NCBI GenBank assembly: GCA_964503265.1
Contig: CAZCYO010000002.1
Span: forward strand, 130,604-194,603
Reading direction: 5' to 3'
Length of the DNA: 64,000 nucleotides
Source of the DNA: an uncultured Gammaproteobacteria bacterium
GTDB lineage: Bacteria; Patescibacteriota; Microgenomatia; Levybacterales; UBA12049
This document shows, piece by piece, positions 39,018 through 48,104 of the stretch. Below the pieces are notes generated by a model. That model saw nothing but the letters and a program-made list of their open reading frames with translations. It had not been told where the DNA came from and ran no database searches. Position numbers and translations under genes: made by a program. How positions within the stretch are numbered: position 1 is the stretch's first letter; every line of letters begins with the position of its first letter.

Positions 39018-40115
39018 TTAGGCTCCGATCTTAAACTCGACCACATCTCCATCTTTCATAATATAGTCTCTCCCCTCAAGTCTCGCCTTACCAGCAGTTC
39101 GAGCAGCTTTCACTCCATTTAGTGACACGTAGTCATCATATGAAATAACTTCAGCTTTAATAAATTTCTTCGTGAAATCCGTGTGGATTTCACCTGCTGC
39201 TTCTGGAGCACTGACTCCCTTTCGAGTCGTCCAGGCTCTGACTTCCTTCTCCCCTGCTGTAAGGAAAGAGATAAGGCCAAGTCTGTCATATGCCTTCGTG
39301 ATGAGACGCTCAAGGCCAGAGGTCGGGAAACCGAGATCATGGAGATACATTTTCTGCTCATCCTCATCAAGTGCTGCCAGTTCTGATTCGATCTTCGCAC
39401 AGATCACGACGAAGTTCTGTTCTGAGAGCTGGAGTAAATTCGCATAACGCTCGATCATCACCTGATTATTCACCAGTGAATAATCATCTTCTGAGACATT
39501 TAACACGATTACTTCAGGTTTAGAGGTAAGTAAAAAGAGCTGATCGAAGAGTATTTTCTCTTCTTCATCGACCTTCGTCTGTCGTGCTGGGATCCCCGCT
39601 TCGAGGTTTTCGAGTACTTTTTTATAGAAATTAATGGTGAGTGGTGGAAGTTTCCGATTCTCCAGTGCCTTCTGCATCGTCTGCATGTCAGCGATCATGA
39701 GCTCCGTCTGAATCGTCGCATAGTCACTCTCAGGGTCACTACTTCCCTCCCTGATCACATTCTCATCGATGAATGCGCGAACTACATGTGCAATAACTCG
39801 AACTTCACGAATGTGAGAAAGAAATTTATTCCCCAGCCCCGCCCCCTCTGATGCACCTTTGACGAGCCCAGCGATGTCGACGAATTCCACAGTCGCAGCC
39901 TTAATCGGTGGAAGTGACGACATTTTTTCCTCCTCCATCGTAATCTCAGCCAATTTCGTGAGTCGTGCATCCGGCACCGGAACGATCCCGACATTCGGTT
40001 CGATAGTAGCAAAAGGATAATTAGCCGCAAGAGCCTGCTGCTTCTTAAGCAGAGCATTAAAGAGAGTGGACTTCCCCACATTTGGTAAACCAACAATTCC
40101 TACAGATATGTTCAT
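39018..40115 (-). CDS. ychF: ribosome-binding ATPase YchF (Obg-family GTPase)
   Basis: MNISVGIVGLPNVGKSTLFNAL... G1-G4 motifs, C-terminal TGS domain. Confidence 0.9.
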   Translation of the reverse strand: MNISVGIVGLPNVGKSTLFNALLKKQQALAANYPFATIEPNVGIVPVPDARLTKLAEITMEEEKMSSLPPIKAATVEFVDIAGLVKGASEGAGLGNKFLSHIREVRVIAHVVRAFIDENVIREGSSDPESDYATIQTELMIADMQTMQKALENRKLPPLTINFYKKVLENLEAGIPARQTKVDEEEKILFDQLFLLTSKPEVIVLNVSEDDYSLVNNQVMIERYANLLQLSEQNFVVICAKIESELAALDEDEQKMYLHDLGFPTSGLERLITKAYDRLGLISFLTAGEKEVRAWTTRKGVSAPEAAGEIHTDFTKKFIKAEVISYDDYVSLNGVKAARTAGKARLEGRDYIMKDGDVVEFKIGA

Positions 40116-40134
40116 ATGAGGGTAATTATAACAG
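40099..40134. repeat. 36-bp exact direct repeat, copy 1 (contains the ychF RBS and first 6 codons)
   Basis: CCTACAGATATGTTCATATGAGGGTAATTATAACAG, identical to 43570..43605. Confidence 0.9.
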
Positions 40135-40673
40135 TTTACGTTCTAAAACAGAACAAAATAATTGCAGCATCATGACCACCCAAGAATTACTCATATTAAT
40201 CTTGAGCCTAATTTACTAAAACTGTAACATTGGTTAAACAATTGTGAGTTATAATCAAACTTTTGACTCAATTCAAGCTCAATTGTGATGCAATTCTGTT
40301 AAGAATTAATATTACTTGAATATTAAACGGCTGTGTGTAGCCTCTAGCACTATTCTTCTTCAAGCAACTGTACCTTCGTGACTTTCGATTATTACAATCT
40401 CCTTCGTTGGGCAATTTTCTTATCCTATTCAATGGTGCATATGGTTTTTATAGATCGAAGATTACAGGTTGGGCACTTATTTTTGGAGAAATCGTATTTC
40501 TATTTAATCCCATATATCTATTTAGCTTTCTCGTCAGACATGGAGTCCTATTGACTTTACAAGTGCAGTCTTATTTTTTATTGTGGGATATTCAAATGAA
40601 AAATCAACAGGTAAAATTGCAGATTGTATATCTCACAAGCATAGCTGTACAATTAACTTAAATTAATATTAAA

Positions 40674-41183
40674 ATGAAATGTATAAAATGCGACCAACGC
40701 ATAGACGAAGATTGTAAATATTGCCCCTCCTGTGGAAATAAGGTTGAGATAACTGATAAACCTGCTGTCGTAGAGGTTGAACATGAAATATTTGAACACC
40801 TCGAATTTCTAGGCTACGAGACTAACAAACTTGAAGTAAATGCTGGAAACGCACAACGATACTCCGCAATTCATAAAGGAAGTAAACCAAACTTACTTTT
40901 CAATGCAATAACTGACATTGGAACTTCCTTTGTAACTCTTTACAACATAAATGAAGATAAAGTTAAGAAGAACCACAAAGAGGCTCTTGAAACCGTTAAT
41001 AGAATGAACTATCAAACGCTATTTTGTTCTTTCTCAATATCTCCTGAGTTAAATAGCTTCGTATGTAGTGCCTTGTATTTAGGAAAATATAGCAAAAAAC
41101 AATTTGCCGATTTTCTAGACTTATTTGAAAACGATATTCAAAGAAGACTCAGAGAAGAAGATTACTTAAAAGACATTTCATAA
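40674..41183 (+). CDS. zinc-ribbon protein 1 of cassette (N-terminal CxxC...CxxC; C-terminal YbjN-like soluble domain suspected)
   Basis: MKCIKCDQRIDEDCKYCPSCG; 169 aa; ends 2 nt before the next gene. Confidence 0.5.
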   Translation: MKCIKCDQRIDEDCKYCPSCGNKVEITDKPAVVEVEHEIFEHLEFLGYETNKLEVNAGNAQRYSAIHKGSKPNLLFNAITDIGTSFVTLYNINEDKVKKNHKEALETVNRMNYQTLFCSFSISPELNSFVCSALYLGKYSKKQFADFLDLFENDIQRRLREEDYLKDIS

Positions 41184-41185
41184 CT

Positions 41186-42082
41186 ATGTATTGTCATAAA
41201 TGTAGTAAACAAATTCTTGAAAATAGTAAATTTTGCAAGCATTGTGGTGTTCAGTTAGAGGGAGTAAGGAAAGACATTGAATCTAAACAAATTGAACAAC
41301 CTAGTCTCCCACATAAATCAGAAAAAAAGAAGTCTTGGGGAGGAATCATTAAAATTCTGGTTCTTCTTGCAATATTTGGTTTTGGAACATATAGTGCTGT
41401 AGATAAAGAACAAATAAAAACGAACAACGAAGCAATTATAACGTTTGACGCTGGAGATAAAAAAACTGCTATTGAACAATTTCGTAAAGCAGCAAATGAA
41501 GCTACATCAAATGAAGTAAAAGTTTCAGCACTTAAAAATCTTGCCTATGTATATTCGACTGATACGCAAACAACCGAAGCATTGGGTGCGTTCAACGAAG
41601 CTCTTCCCTTAACAACACAAAACACATTCGACTATTATCTGATTTCAGGAGAAATTGCTCTACTTAATCGAGATATTAATAAAGCCTTAACTAATTACAA
41701 TAGTGCTTACAGGCTTAATCCCGAAAATTTTCAAATTAATAATGCGCTAGCATTATTCCATTTAGATTTAGAAGGGATTGCGCCAAAATATACTGACTAC
41801 AGCAAAGCACTTCTCTATGCTAAAAAAGCAAATGAACTAAGCCCTTCAGAAACATCGAAGCAAAACCTCGCGATAGCTTATTATTACAATAAAAACTACA
41901 GTGAAACTATAACTTTACTATCTTCATCCAACTTTACTCAACATCCTTATGCAGCGTATTGGCTTGGTCTTGCGTATCTAGGAAACAAAGATGATGCAAA
42001 TGCAAAAATCTATTTACAAAAGTCTATTGATAATGGAGCCGAAGCCTCTCAAGAAGTTCACGATTATTTAAACTCAAATTAA
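41186..42082 (+). CDS. zinc-ribbon protein 2 of cassette (N-terminal zinc ribbon, one TM helix, extracytoplasmic TPR repeats)
   Basis: MYCHKCSKQILENSKFCKHCG; TM ...IIKILVLLAIFGFGTYSAV...; TPR-like repeats (...ALKNLAYVYS..., ...YWLGLAYLGN...). Confidence 0.5.
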   Translation: MYCHKCSKQILENSKFCKHCGVQLEGVRKDIESKQIEQPSLPHKSEKKKSWGGIIKILVLLAIFGFGTYSAVDKEQIKTNNEAIITFDAGDKKTAIEQFRKAANEATSNEVKVSALKNLAYVYSTDTQTTEALGAFNEALPLTTQNTFDYYLISGEIALLNRDINKALTNYNSAYRLNPENFQINNALALFHLDLEGIAPKYTDYSKALLYAKKANELSPSETSKQNLAIAYYYNKNYSETITLLSSSNFTQHPYAAYWLGLAYLGNKDDANAKIYLQKSIDNGAEASQEVHDYLNSN

Positions 42083-42083
42083 T

Positions 42084-43424
42084 ATGTATTGTAAGCACTG
42101 TGGAAAGAAAAACCCTGAAGGTAGTAAATTTTGTCAGCATTGCGGTCAGGAAATTGATAACATAGCGAAGACCGACAATACCCAATATGAAGAAAAGCAT
42201 TCTATAGATAAACATATAGACCAGAATACCGCTCCATACCCCTATGTAATCTCAACTTGGAAGCTAATAATTATGTGTTTAGCAACTTTTGGAATTTTTG
42301 AGATTTATTGGTTCTATAAACAATGGAAATCTCTTAATACGGAGAATAACCTCAAGCATGGATGGTTTATGCTTTGGATATTCGCACTTTTTTCTCCTCT
42401 AACGTCTTACTCACTATTCAAGTATATCTCACGAGATGTAAAAACTGTGAATGATGGAAAAGGCTTAGAAGCAGGAGCTCTAGCAGTAGTGTATTTTTTC
42501 TTAACCAGGTTCTTACTTGGATTTTTACCTTTAATTTCAGTTCAAAACAATATAAATCTATATTGGGAGAAAAAGTACAAAGATAGACTTGTGAGGTCAA
42601 ATTTCGGGGCTTGGAATTGGATTATTGTTATTGGTGTTGCACTTATTTTTATAACAGCCTTTTATTCGGAAGACACAACTACCACCAAAACCACATCAAA
42701 CATCCCAGAAACTGCCGTAATTGAGAAAGATAGTCGAGAAGAAATTGCATCTTCAGTTGTAAACATTCTTTGCCCTAGTACAAGTAATGCCAAAAACGAA
42801 TCATCGAGTGGGGGCTCTGGTATCATATTAACCAAAGATGGAATAATATTAACTAATTCTCATATTATTCCGCAAAATAAGACAAATATACTAGTAGACG
42901 AAACAGGATGCTTAGTTGTTTTACCAGACTCACTAACAGGACAGCCATCAGAAGTTTACCTAGCGCATCCTATTGTTATTCCAGGTATAAGCGATGATTA
43001 CGACCTAGCATACATGCAAATATACAATGCTTATTACGACAAGGAAGAAGGGAAATACAAGGGAACCTATCCTAAGACATTCCCTGCTTTTGATGACACA
43101 AACCGATGCAAGAATGAAAATATTAAACTAGGTGAACCAGTAAGAATTTATGGCTATCCTGCTATTAGTGGAGGATATTCACTAACTGTAACTGATGGAG
43201 TTGTTAGTAGTTTTCCTGGGAATGGTTTAATAGTTACATCAGCTAAAATTAGCCATGGAAACTCTGGTGGCTTAGCAGTTGATAAAGATGGCTGTATGCT
43301 TGGTGTACCATCACTAGTAAGCTCTGATGATAGCGAGAGTTTGGGTGTAATATATTCAATGTCTTTAATTAATGAATTTGAATCTGAAGTCACGAAATAT
43401 TTGAATAAAAACCATTCAAAATAA
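42084..43424 (+). CDS. zinc-ribbon protein 3 of cassette (zinc ribbon, DUF4234-like multi-TM region, C-terminal trypsin-like serine protease domain)
   Basis: MYCKHCGKKNPEGSKFCQHCG; TM region with FEIYWFYKQW; protease motifs ...TNSHII... and ...ISHGNSGGLAVDKDG... Confidence 0.55.
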   Translation: MYCKHCGKKNPEGSKFCQHCGQEIDNIAKTDNTQYEEKHSIDKHIDQNTAPYPYVISTWKLIIMCLATFGIFEIYWFYKQWKSLNTENNLKHGWFMLWIFALFSPLTSYSLFKYISRDVKTVNDGKGLEAGALAVVYFFLTRFLLGFLPLISVQNNINLYWEKKYKDRLVRSNFGAWNWIIVIGVALIFITAFYSEDTTTTKTTSNIPETAVIEKDSREEIASSVVNILCPSTSNAKNESSSGGSGIILTKDGIILTNSHIIPQNKTNILVDETGCLVVLPDSLTGQPSEVYLAHPIVIPGISDDYDLAYMQIYNAYYDKEEGKYKGTYPKTFPAFDDTNRCKNENIKLGEPVRIYGYPAISGGYSLTVTDGVVSSFPGNGLIVTSAKISHGNSGGLAVDKDGCMLGVPSLVSSDDSESLGVIYSMSLINEFESEVTKYLNKNHSK

Positions 43425-43569
43425 TAAATCATTACTGGTTGAATAATTTTAAGCTAACAATCTTCCCCAGATCATCTCTCGCAACTATTTTCCTTAATTT
43501 TCGTGGCTTGGGAAGTTTAATTTTTACTACAAAGGGGAAACTGTTATGTCGGGTTATGTTCTGACTATC

Positions 43570-43605
43570 CCTACAGATATGTTCATATGAGGGTAATTAT
43601 AACAG
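43570..43605. repeat. 36-bp exact direct repeat, copy 2 (creates a truncated ychF' start: MNISVGIVRT*)
   Basis: Identical to 40099..40134; lies 3 nt downstream (minus strand) of the stop of gene 43608..44135. Confidence 0.9.
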
Positions 43606-43607
43606 AT

Positions 43608-44135
43608 CTAATCTTGTGAAATCTCCCAGGGTAATTTACTCTTGTCTAAAAACTTACAAGGGATCTTCTTATTAAACTCGCTCCATAGATTACGAGTAAC
43701 TGCGATATGAAGCCTCGCGTACTGCCCAGCTGATCCAGCATTACCAAACTCTTTTTCCCTATCAACCACTTTTCCTAAATGAGGAATCATGACGCTCTCG
43801 TAAGGAAAATCTGGCGGAAATTGAGATCTCGTAAAATCAACTCGCTGTCCATCTGGCAAAACATTTAAGTAATGACTTCCCCTTACATATACTCCCCATT
43901 GCTGTGCAAGATCACCGAACCAATATCCTTGAATATCTCCTCCAAAAAGATCATTGGTTACTTGGGCTGCTGCACTGCAGTGTCCAAATGATGGATATTC
44001 CGGTCGCCATCCCTCAGGATTAGCTAGGATATTCGACGAGAAGGATAGTTGAAATGCTTTTCCAAGCTCTTCAAGCGTAACTCCTGTTTCTTTGTTTACA
44101 AGTTGTTCAGGATTATATCCCAATCTTTCACCCAT
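43608..44135 (-). CDS. hypothetical protein
   Basis: 175-aa soluble ORF; no family recognised. Confidence 0.4.
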   Translation of the reverse strand: MGERLGYNPEQLVNKETGVTLEELGKAFQLSFSSNILANPEGWRPEYPSFGHCSAAAQVTNDLFGGDIQGYWFGDLAQQWGVYVRGSHYLNVLPDGQRVDFTRSQFPPDFPYESVMIPHLGKVVDREKEFGNAGSAGQYARLHIAVTRNLWSEFNKKIPCKFLDKSKLPWEISQD

Positions 44136-44342
44136 AATTGAGGGCGATTATAGCAGTGCTTAAAGGAAAACAGTAGATCCTTAATCCCAGCTTCATTAAA
44201 ACTACGCTGTGTAAACGAGTTCAGTATGATATATGTGTGGGATCATTTTACTTCTTGGATGATTTCTTGATAGAATTCCCCTCTTCCTCATATCAAGAAG
44301 GTTATAGAACGTCCAGATACTTTCGATGATTAAGAAGTTCTG

Positions 44343-44939
44343 TTAGTTGAAATTAATTGAAGATAAGAATGAATCAACTTCATTTCTATGGCTGGTTCCA
44401 TCAAAAACGATAAACGAGAAATCCCACTGTATATCATCGTCTATAAGCGTTATATGAGGATACTGTACATCATAGGCCATATCATTCCACACCATATATT
44501 TATACCCAGTTAATCCGCCTATTTCTACTGCATAGATCGTTCTATCAATAGATGGAATGTATTTGCTTGAATCCTGAATTATAGTAGGAATTACTTCTTT
44601 TGGAGATGTTGTAGATTTATTTCGCGTTATCACGATTCGCATACCATCATCTTTACGAGTAGTATTATAGGAATAATCTGGAGAGTAAACAGTGAGATAG
44701 TCTTCCCCCCCAGCCTTACTAACTTTCTTTGTCCATTCTTTAGGAAGCGAAAATGAAATATATTTTTCGATTGAATCATGTACTGCAGGTGAAGTATCTG
44801 CAGCAGTCTTGCTGACTTGGTCCACATCTTTTGCTACCTCAGGCTGCCTCGTCTTATTAGCATTTTGGATAAATACAACTGCAATTAGCAATACACCTAC
44901 GCAAGTAGTTCCTATGATTAGTTTTTTATTAATTTTCAT
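44343..44939 (-). CDS. hypothetical secreted protein
   Basis: N-terminal signal/TM anchor. Confidence 0.4.
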   Translation of the reverse strand: MKINKKLIIGTTCVGVLLIAVVFIQNANKTRQPEVAKDVDQVSKTAADTSPAVHDSIEKYISFSLPKEWTKKVSKAGGEDYLTVYSPDYSYNTTRKDDGMRIVITRNKSTTSPKEVIPTIIQDSSKYIPSIDRTIYAVEIGGLTGYKYMVWNDMAYDVQYPHITLIDDDIQWDFSFIVFDGTSHRNEVDSFLSSINFN

Positions 44940-45027
44940 TTATTTAATCCAGAGTATATCAGTTTTATGCGACAAAAGCCTCGAAATGAGGCTTTTGTGT
45001 AAAAACGTTTGCTAGTATTATGCCTTC

Positions 45028-45441
45028 TTACATCCCTTTTGGCTGAAGCATAGCGATACGATTTCCTTCTGTATCGATAATACCTGAGAAGAGACCTACT
45101 CCTGGAATATCGTCAGGTTTTTCAGGTCCGCCCATTCCCCCAAGTACTTTTCCACCTGCTGCTGTCACAGCTTTCATCGCTTCATAAATGTCATCAACTG
45201 CGACGACGACTGATGGATGCTGAGCTTCCCCACCTCTTTTATAAAACCCACCATTAATCGCACCTGGTGTAGTAGAACGATTATCTGTACTTGTCTCTGT
45301 GGTCATCACTGTTACGTAATTCCCCATCTCAGGACCCAACTGGTGCATCCCCCATCCGAAAACTGTCTCGTAGAATTTCTTAATCCGATCCATATCATCA
45401 GCTGGTATTTCAAAATGAACTACTGGATTTTTTTTATTCAT
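45028..45441 (-). CDS. VOC-family (glyoxalase/bleomycin-resistance/dioxygenase fold) protein
   Basis: MNKKNPVVHFEIPADDMDRIKKFYETVFGW... VOC pattern. ATG at 45441 with SD GGGGGUGA is preferred over the upstream GTG at 45462. Confidence 0.7.
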   Translation of the reverse strand: MNKKNPVVHFEIPADDMDRIKKFYETVFGWGMHQLGPEMGNYVTVMTTETSTDNRSTTPGAINGGFYKRGGEAQHPSVVVAVDDIYEAMKAVTAAGGKVLGGMGGPEKPDDIPGVGLFSGIIDTEGNRIAMLQPKGM

Positions 45442-45602
45442 ATATGATTCACCCCCCTTCACCTTGATTATTTCTTAAACTACTATTTCAAGGGATGTCG
45501 CAATATCTTTAGATTTGCGCCCCTTTCACCTTGATTATTTAATCTATAAATAGTAAGTGATGCCGAAATTGTACGAAAGTACTTTTTGGCGCCTCTTCCT
45601 AC
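45442..45602 (-). promoter_or_regulatory. conserved ~160-nt 5' leader, copy 2 (candidate cis-regulatory RNA)
   Basis: Near-identical to 31250..31410. Transcript begins ...GUAGGAAGAGGCGCC... and ends ...AAUAAUCAAGGUGAAGGGGGGUGAAUCAUAU-AUG. Confidence 0.5.
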
Positions 45603-45661
45603 ATTAGTTATATATTGTAATAGAAATATTATTTTTTTTGTAGCTCTTATAGAAATAAGCT

Positions 45662-45704
45662 ACAAAAATAAGCCAGGGCTCTTTTTAAAAGAGTGGCCTG
45701 GCTT
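45662..45704 (-). terminator. rho-independent terminator downstream of the GlsB-family gene
   Basis: AAGCCAGGCCACUCUUUUAAAAAGAGCCCUGGCUU followed by a U-rich run on the minus strand. Confidence 0.45.
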
Positions 45705-45715
45705 ATCATAAAGAC

Positions 45716-45982
45716 TTAGAGAGCTCTTCGTCCTGCGATCGCTTTCCAAACGAAAATAGCGATACATGCTCCGATTACTCCGACGATAATCCCTGGAACA
45801 CTTAGTCCGTTATCGGTAGGTGTTGCTGGAGAGATGAAACCAAGAAGTGTCGTTCCTAAGAATCCTCCTATGATTCCAGCTACAACGTTAGCGACCCATC
45901 CCATCTCACCGTCAGTTTTCATGACCATGGATGCGATCCATCCGACTAACCCTGCTAATACTAATGTAATAATTAAACTCAT
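45716..45982 (-). CDS. GlsB/YeaQ/YmgE-family stress-response membrane protein
   Basis: 88 aa, Gly-rich TM helices (VAGIIGGFLGTTLLGF...IIVGVIGACIAIFVWKAI). Confidence 0.7.
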   Translation of the reverse strand: MSLIITLVLAGLVGWIASMVMKTDGEMGWVANVVAGIIGGFLGTTLLGFISPATPTDNGLSVPGIIVGVIGACIAIFVWKAIAGRRAL

Positions 45983-46023
45983 AATTTTATATACCTCCTT
46001 TCATTTAAATTTTTTAGGTGTTT

Positions 46024-46260
46024 TTACTTTGTTCCACCTTGAACATTCACATCAATTTTTCCTGGTACATTTATTTGCGGAGAAACAGATTGACGCATCA
46101 TTGGTAACCCGTACACGAAGAAAAAGAATGCGATTAGTAGTACAACGATAACGCCGAGTATCATTCCCATGCCGTTACTTGATTCAGTTGTCCCTGGATT
46201 ATTTACTATTGTTGCCATATATCTATCACCATCCTTTCTTAAGAAACACTTAATAATCAT
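46024..46260 (-). CDS. small hypothetical membrane protein
   Basis: Single TM helix; start probably the internal Met at 46218. Confidence 0.3.
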   Translation of the reverse strand: MIIKCFLRKDGDRYMATIVNNPGTTESSNGMGMILGVIVVLLIAFFFFVYGLPMMRQSVSPQINVPGKIDVNVQGGTK

Positions 46261-46346
46261 ATTGTAATAACACCGAGCTAAAAAAACGTAAGCTGCGGGT
46301 AAGGAACGTGTAATAGATGAGCTTAGAGGAAGATGAGATTAAAACG

Positions 46347-47288
46347 CTAGGCACGAACTGTAACGACGACTTTTCCCTTAGGGTGGGATGTTTCGAGGTG
46401 TGTGTATGCGGCTGCTGTCTCATCAAGAGTAAATGATTTGTCAATTTGTGGCCTTATAACTCCTGAATCGACGAGTTCTGCAAGTCGTTTTAGACGAATA
46501 GTGTTCGTATCGGTAAATTGCCCTACTCCAGTAATTTCATGCTCACTAGCTTTCGCTTGATCTACCTGGCCTGTCATCGAGACGAGTACTCCACCTTTTT
46601 TAAGAACTCCAAATGATCTTTCAAGCGTCTCTCCCCCGACAGTATCAAATACTGCATCATAGTCTGAGATTTTTTCTTCAAATTTTTCTGTTTTATAATC
46701 GATCACTTCATCAGCACCAAGTGACTTCACGAGCTCTTCATCTCCCATACTCACGGTCGTCGCCACATATGCACCTAAGTGTTTAGCCAGCTGGATCGCG
46801 ATCGATCCTATTCCCCCAGCTCCACCATGAATAAGAATCTTCTGACCAGTGGTTAGTTTCATCGAATCTTCAAGAGCCTGGATACTACTTACTCCCACAA
46901 GAACGAGAGATGCAGCTTCTGAGAAGTCGACAGATGTTGGTTTCTTTGCAGTATTCTTCGTATTCGCAGCTGCAAATTCAGCAATCGCTCCTGAACCCCC
47001 GTTTACGACGACAGCCTGTCCATAGACTTCATCCCCCACAGAAAATTCAGTCACACCAGGCGCAACCTCAGTCACGACCCCTGAAAAATCTCCCCCGATC
47101 GTCACAGGGAAAGTAAGTGGGATCATTTCTTTCATATACCCCATGCGTACTTTATAGTCAAAAGGATTTAACGCTGCTGCATGAACCTCGACCATAATCT
47201 GTGAGTCTTTAAGCACAGGAGTTGGTGCATTTTCGTTTATTTCAATAACTGAGGAATCACCGTAAGAATTATATTGTGCTGCTTTCAT
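46347..47288 (-). CDS. MDR-superfamily NADPH:quinone oxidoreductase / zinc-type alcohol dehydrogenase-like protein
   Basis: GroES-like N-terminal domain and Rossmann GGAGGIGSIAIQLAK motif. Confidence 0.8.
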   Translation of the reverse strand: MKAAQYNSYGDSSVIEINENAPTPVLKDSQIMVEVHAAALNPFDYKVRMGYMKEMIPLTFPVTIGGDFSGVVTEVAPGVTEFSVGDEVYGQAVVVNGGSGAIAEFAAANTKNTAKKPTSVDFSEAASLVLVGVSSIQALEDSMKLTTGQKILIHGGAGGIGSIAIQLAKHLGAYVATTVSMGDEELVKSLGADEVIDYKTEKFEEKISDYDAVFDTVGGETLERSFGVLKKGGVLVSMTGQVDQAKASEHEITGVGQFTDTNTIRLKRLAELVDSGVIRPQIDKSFTLDETAAAYTHLETSHPKGKVVVTVRA

Positions 47289-47392
47289 CTAAATACCATA
47301 GTACTCTTAATACTTTACTTTGTGAAGTAGTTACTTTTTGGAAAGTGTTGTTTTCTATCATCACCCTCCACATTTATTCTGAGTTCGACTGT

Positions 47393-48058
47393 TTACAGTT
47401 TTTTCTGAAGTTTATACCCTAAAATCGCGAGGGGTTCTTTGAGGAAATACTTTGAAAGATACGTATGGTGAGTCCAGCAAGGACTATCGATAGCTGGTGA
47501 GACAGTGAAAGAAAGTGCTGCTTTTTTCGCGACAAGAGAGGCCCTGGGGATATGGAATGGTTCAGTAACGATGATTACTGATTGAAGATTTTTTGCCTCA
47601 AATAGTTTCTTTGAAAACATAATATTCTCATATGTCGAGCTCGATTTCTTTTCAAGGAGTATATCTTCTGGCTTTACCCCTTCTTCGATCGCAATTTTCT
47701 TCATCGTCTCCGCTTCATTCGCATTATCTTCCTTATCATTCCCTCCACTCATGAGGATTTTCGGCGCAAATTTATGCTTATAAAGAGTAACAGCATGATC
47801 GACACGAGCTTTAAGACATGGATTATATGCTCCCGAAATGTAGACCCTTGCTCCGAGTACGAGTATCACATCAGATGGTACTTTCGAGTCTTTTTCAGCA
47901 TTATTTCTGATATAAATTGCGAGTGAAACATACACGATAAGTGAACATAGTACTATGACTGAGAAGATAGAGATGAAAGATCGAGCAAGTTTTCCCAACG
48001 CAGCTATGAGTATAGCAAAATAATTGAAATTAAAAGTAAAAAAATACTTTTTTTGCAA
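47393..48058 (-). CDS. DUF218 (YdcF/SanA/ElyC-like) membrane-anchored protein
   Basis: N-terminal TM helix; ...ILVLGARVY...ILMSGGNDKED...STYENIMFSKKL... pattern. Confidence 0.65.
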   Translation of the reverse strand: MQKKYFFTFNFNYFAILIAALGKLARSFISIFSVIVLCSLIVYVSLAIYIRNNAEKDSKVPSDVILVLGARVYISGAYNPCLKARVDHAVTLYKHKFAPKILMSGGNDKEDNANEAETMKKIAIEEGVKPEDILLEKKSSSTYENIMFSKKLFEAKNLQSVIIVTEPFHIPRASLVAKKAALSFTVSPAIDSPCWTHHTYLSKYFLKEPLAILGYKLQKKL

Positions 48059-48104
48059 TGATTTATTCTATCGATTTATTGAAGTATCCCTGTAGACTAT
48101 TTAT

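Noticed and set aside
40407-40661. 84-aa plus-strand ORF in the cassette's upstream non-coding region
   Set aside because: Hydrophobic low-complexity translation of AT-rich DNA, no RBS; likely spurious. The region may instead hold the cassette promoter (TTGACT...TATTCAAATG).
45442-45462. GTG start at 45462 for the VOC gene (MKGGESYMNKKN...)
   Set aside because: The GTG lies inside the conserved leader and its SD module; ATG at 45441 with GGGGGUGA 7 nt upstream is the better start.
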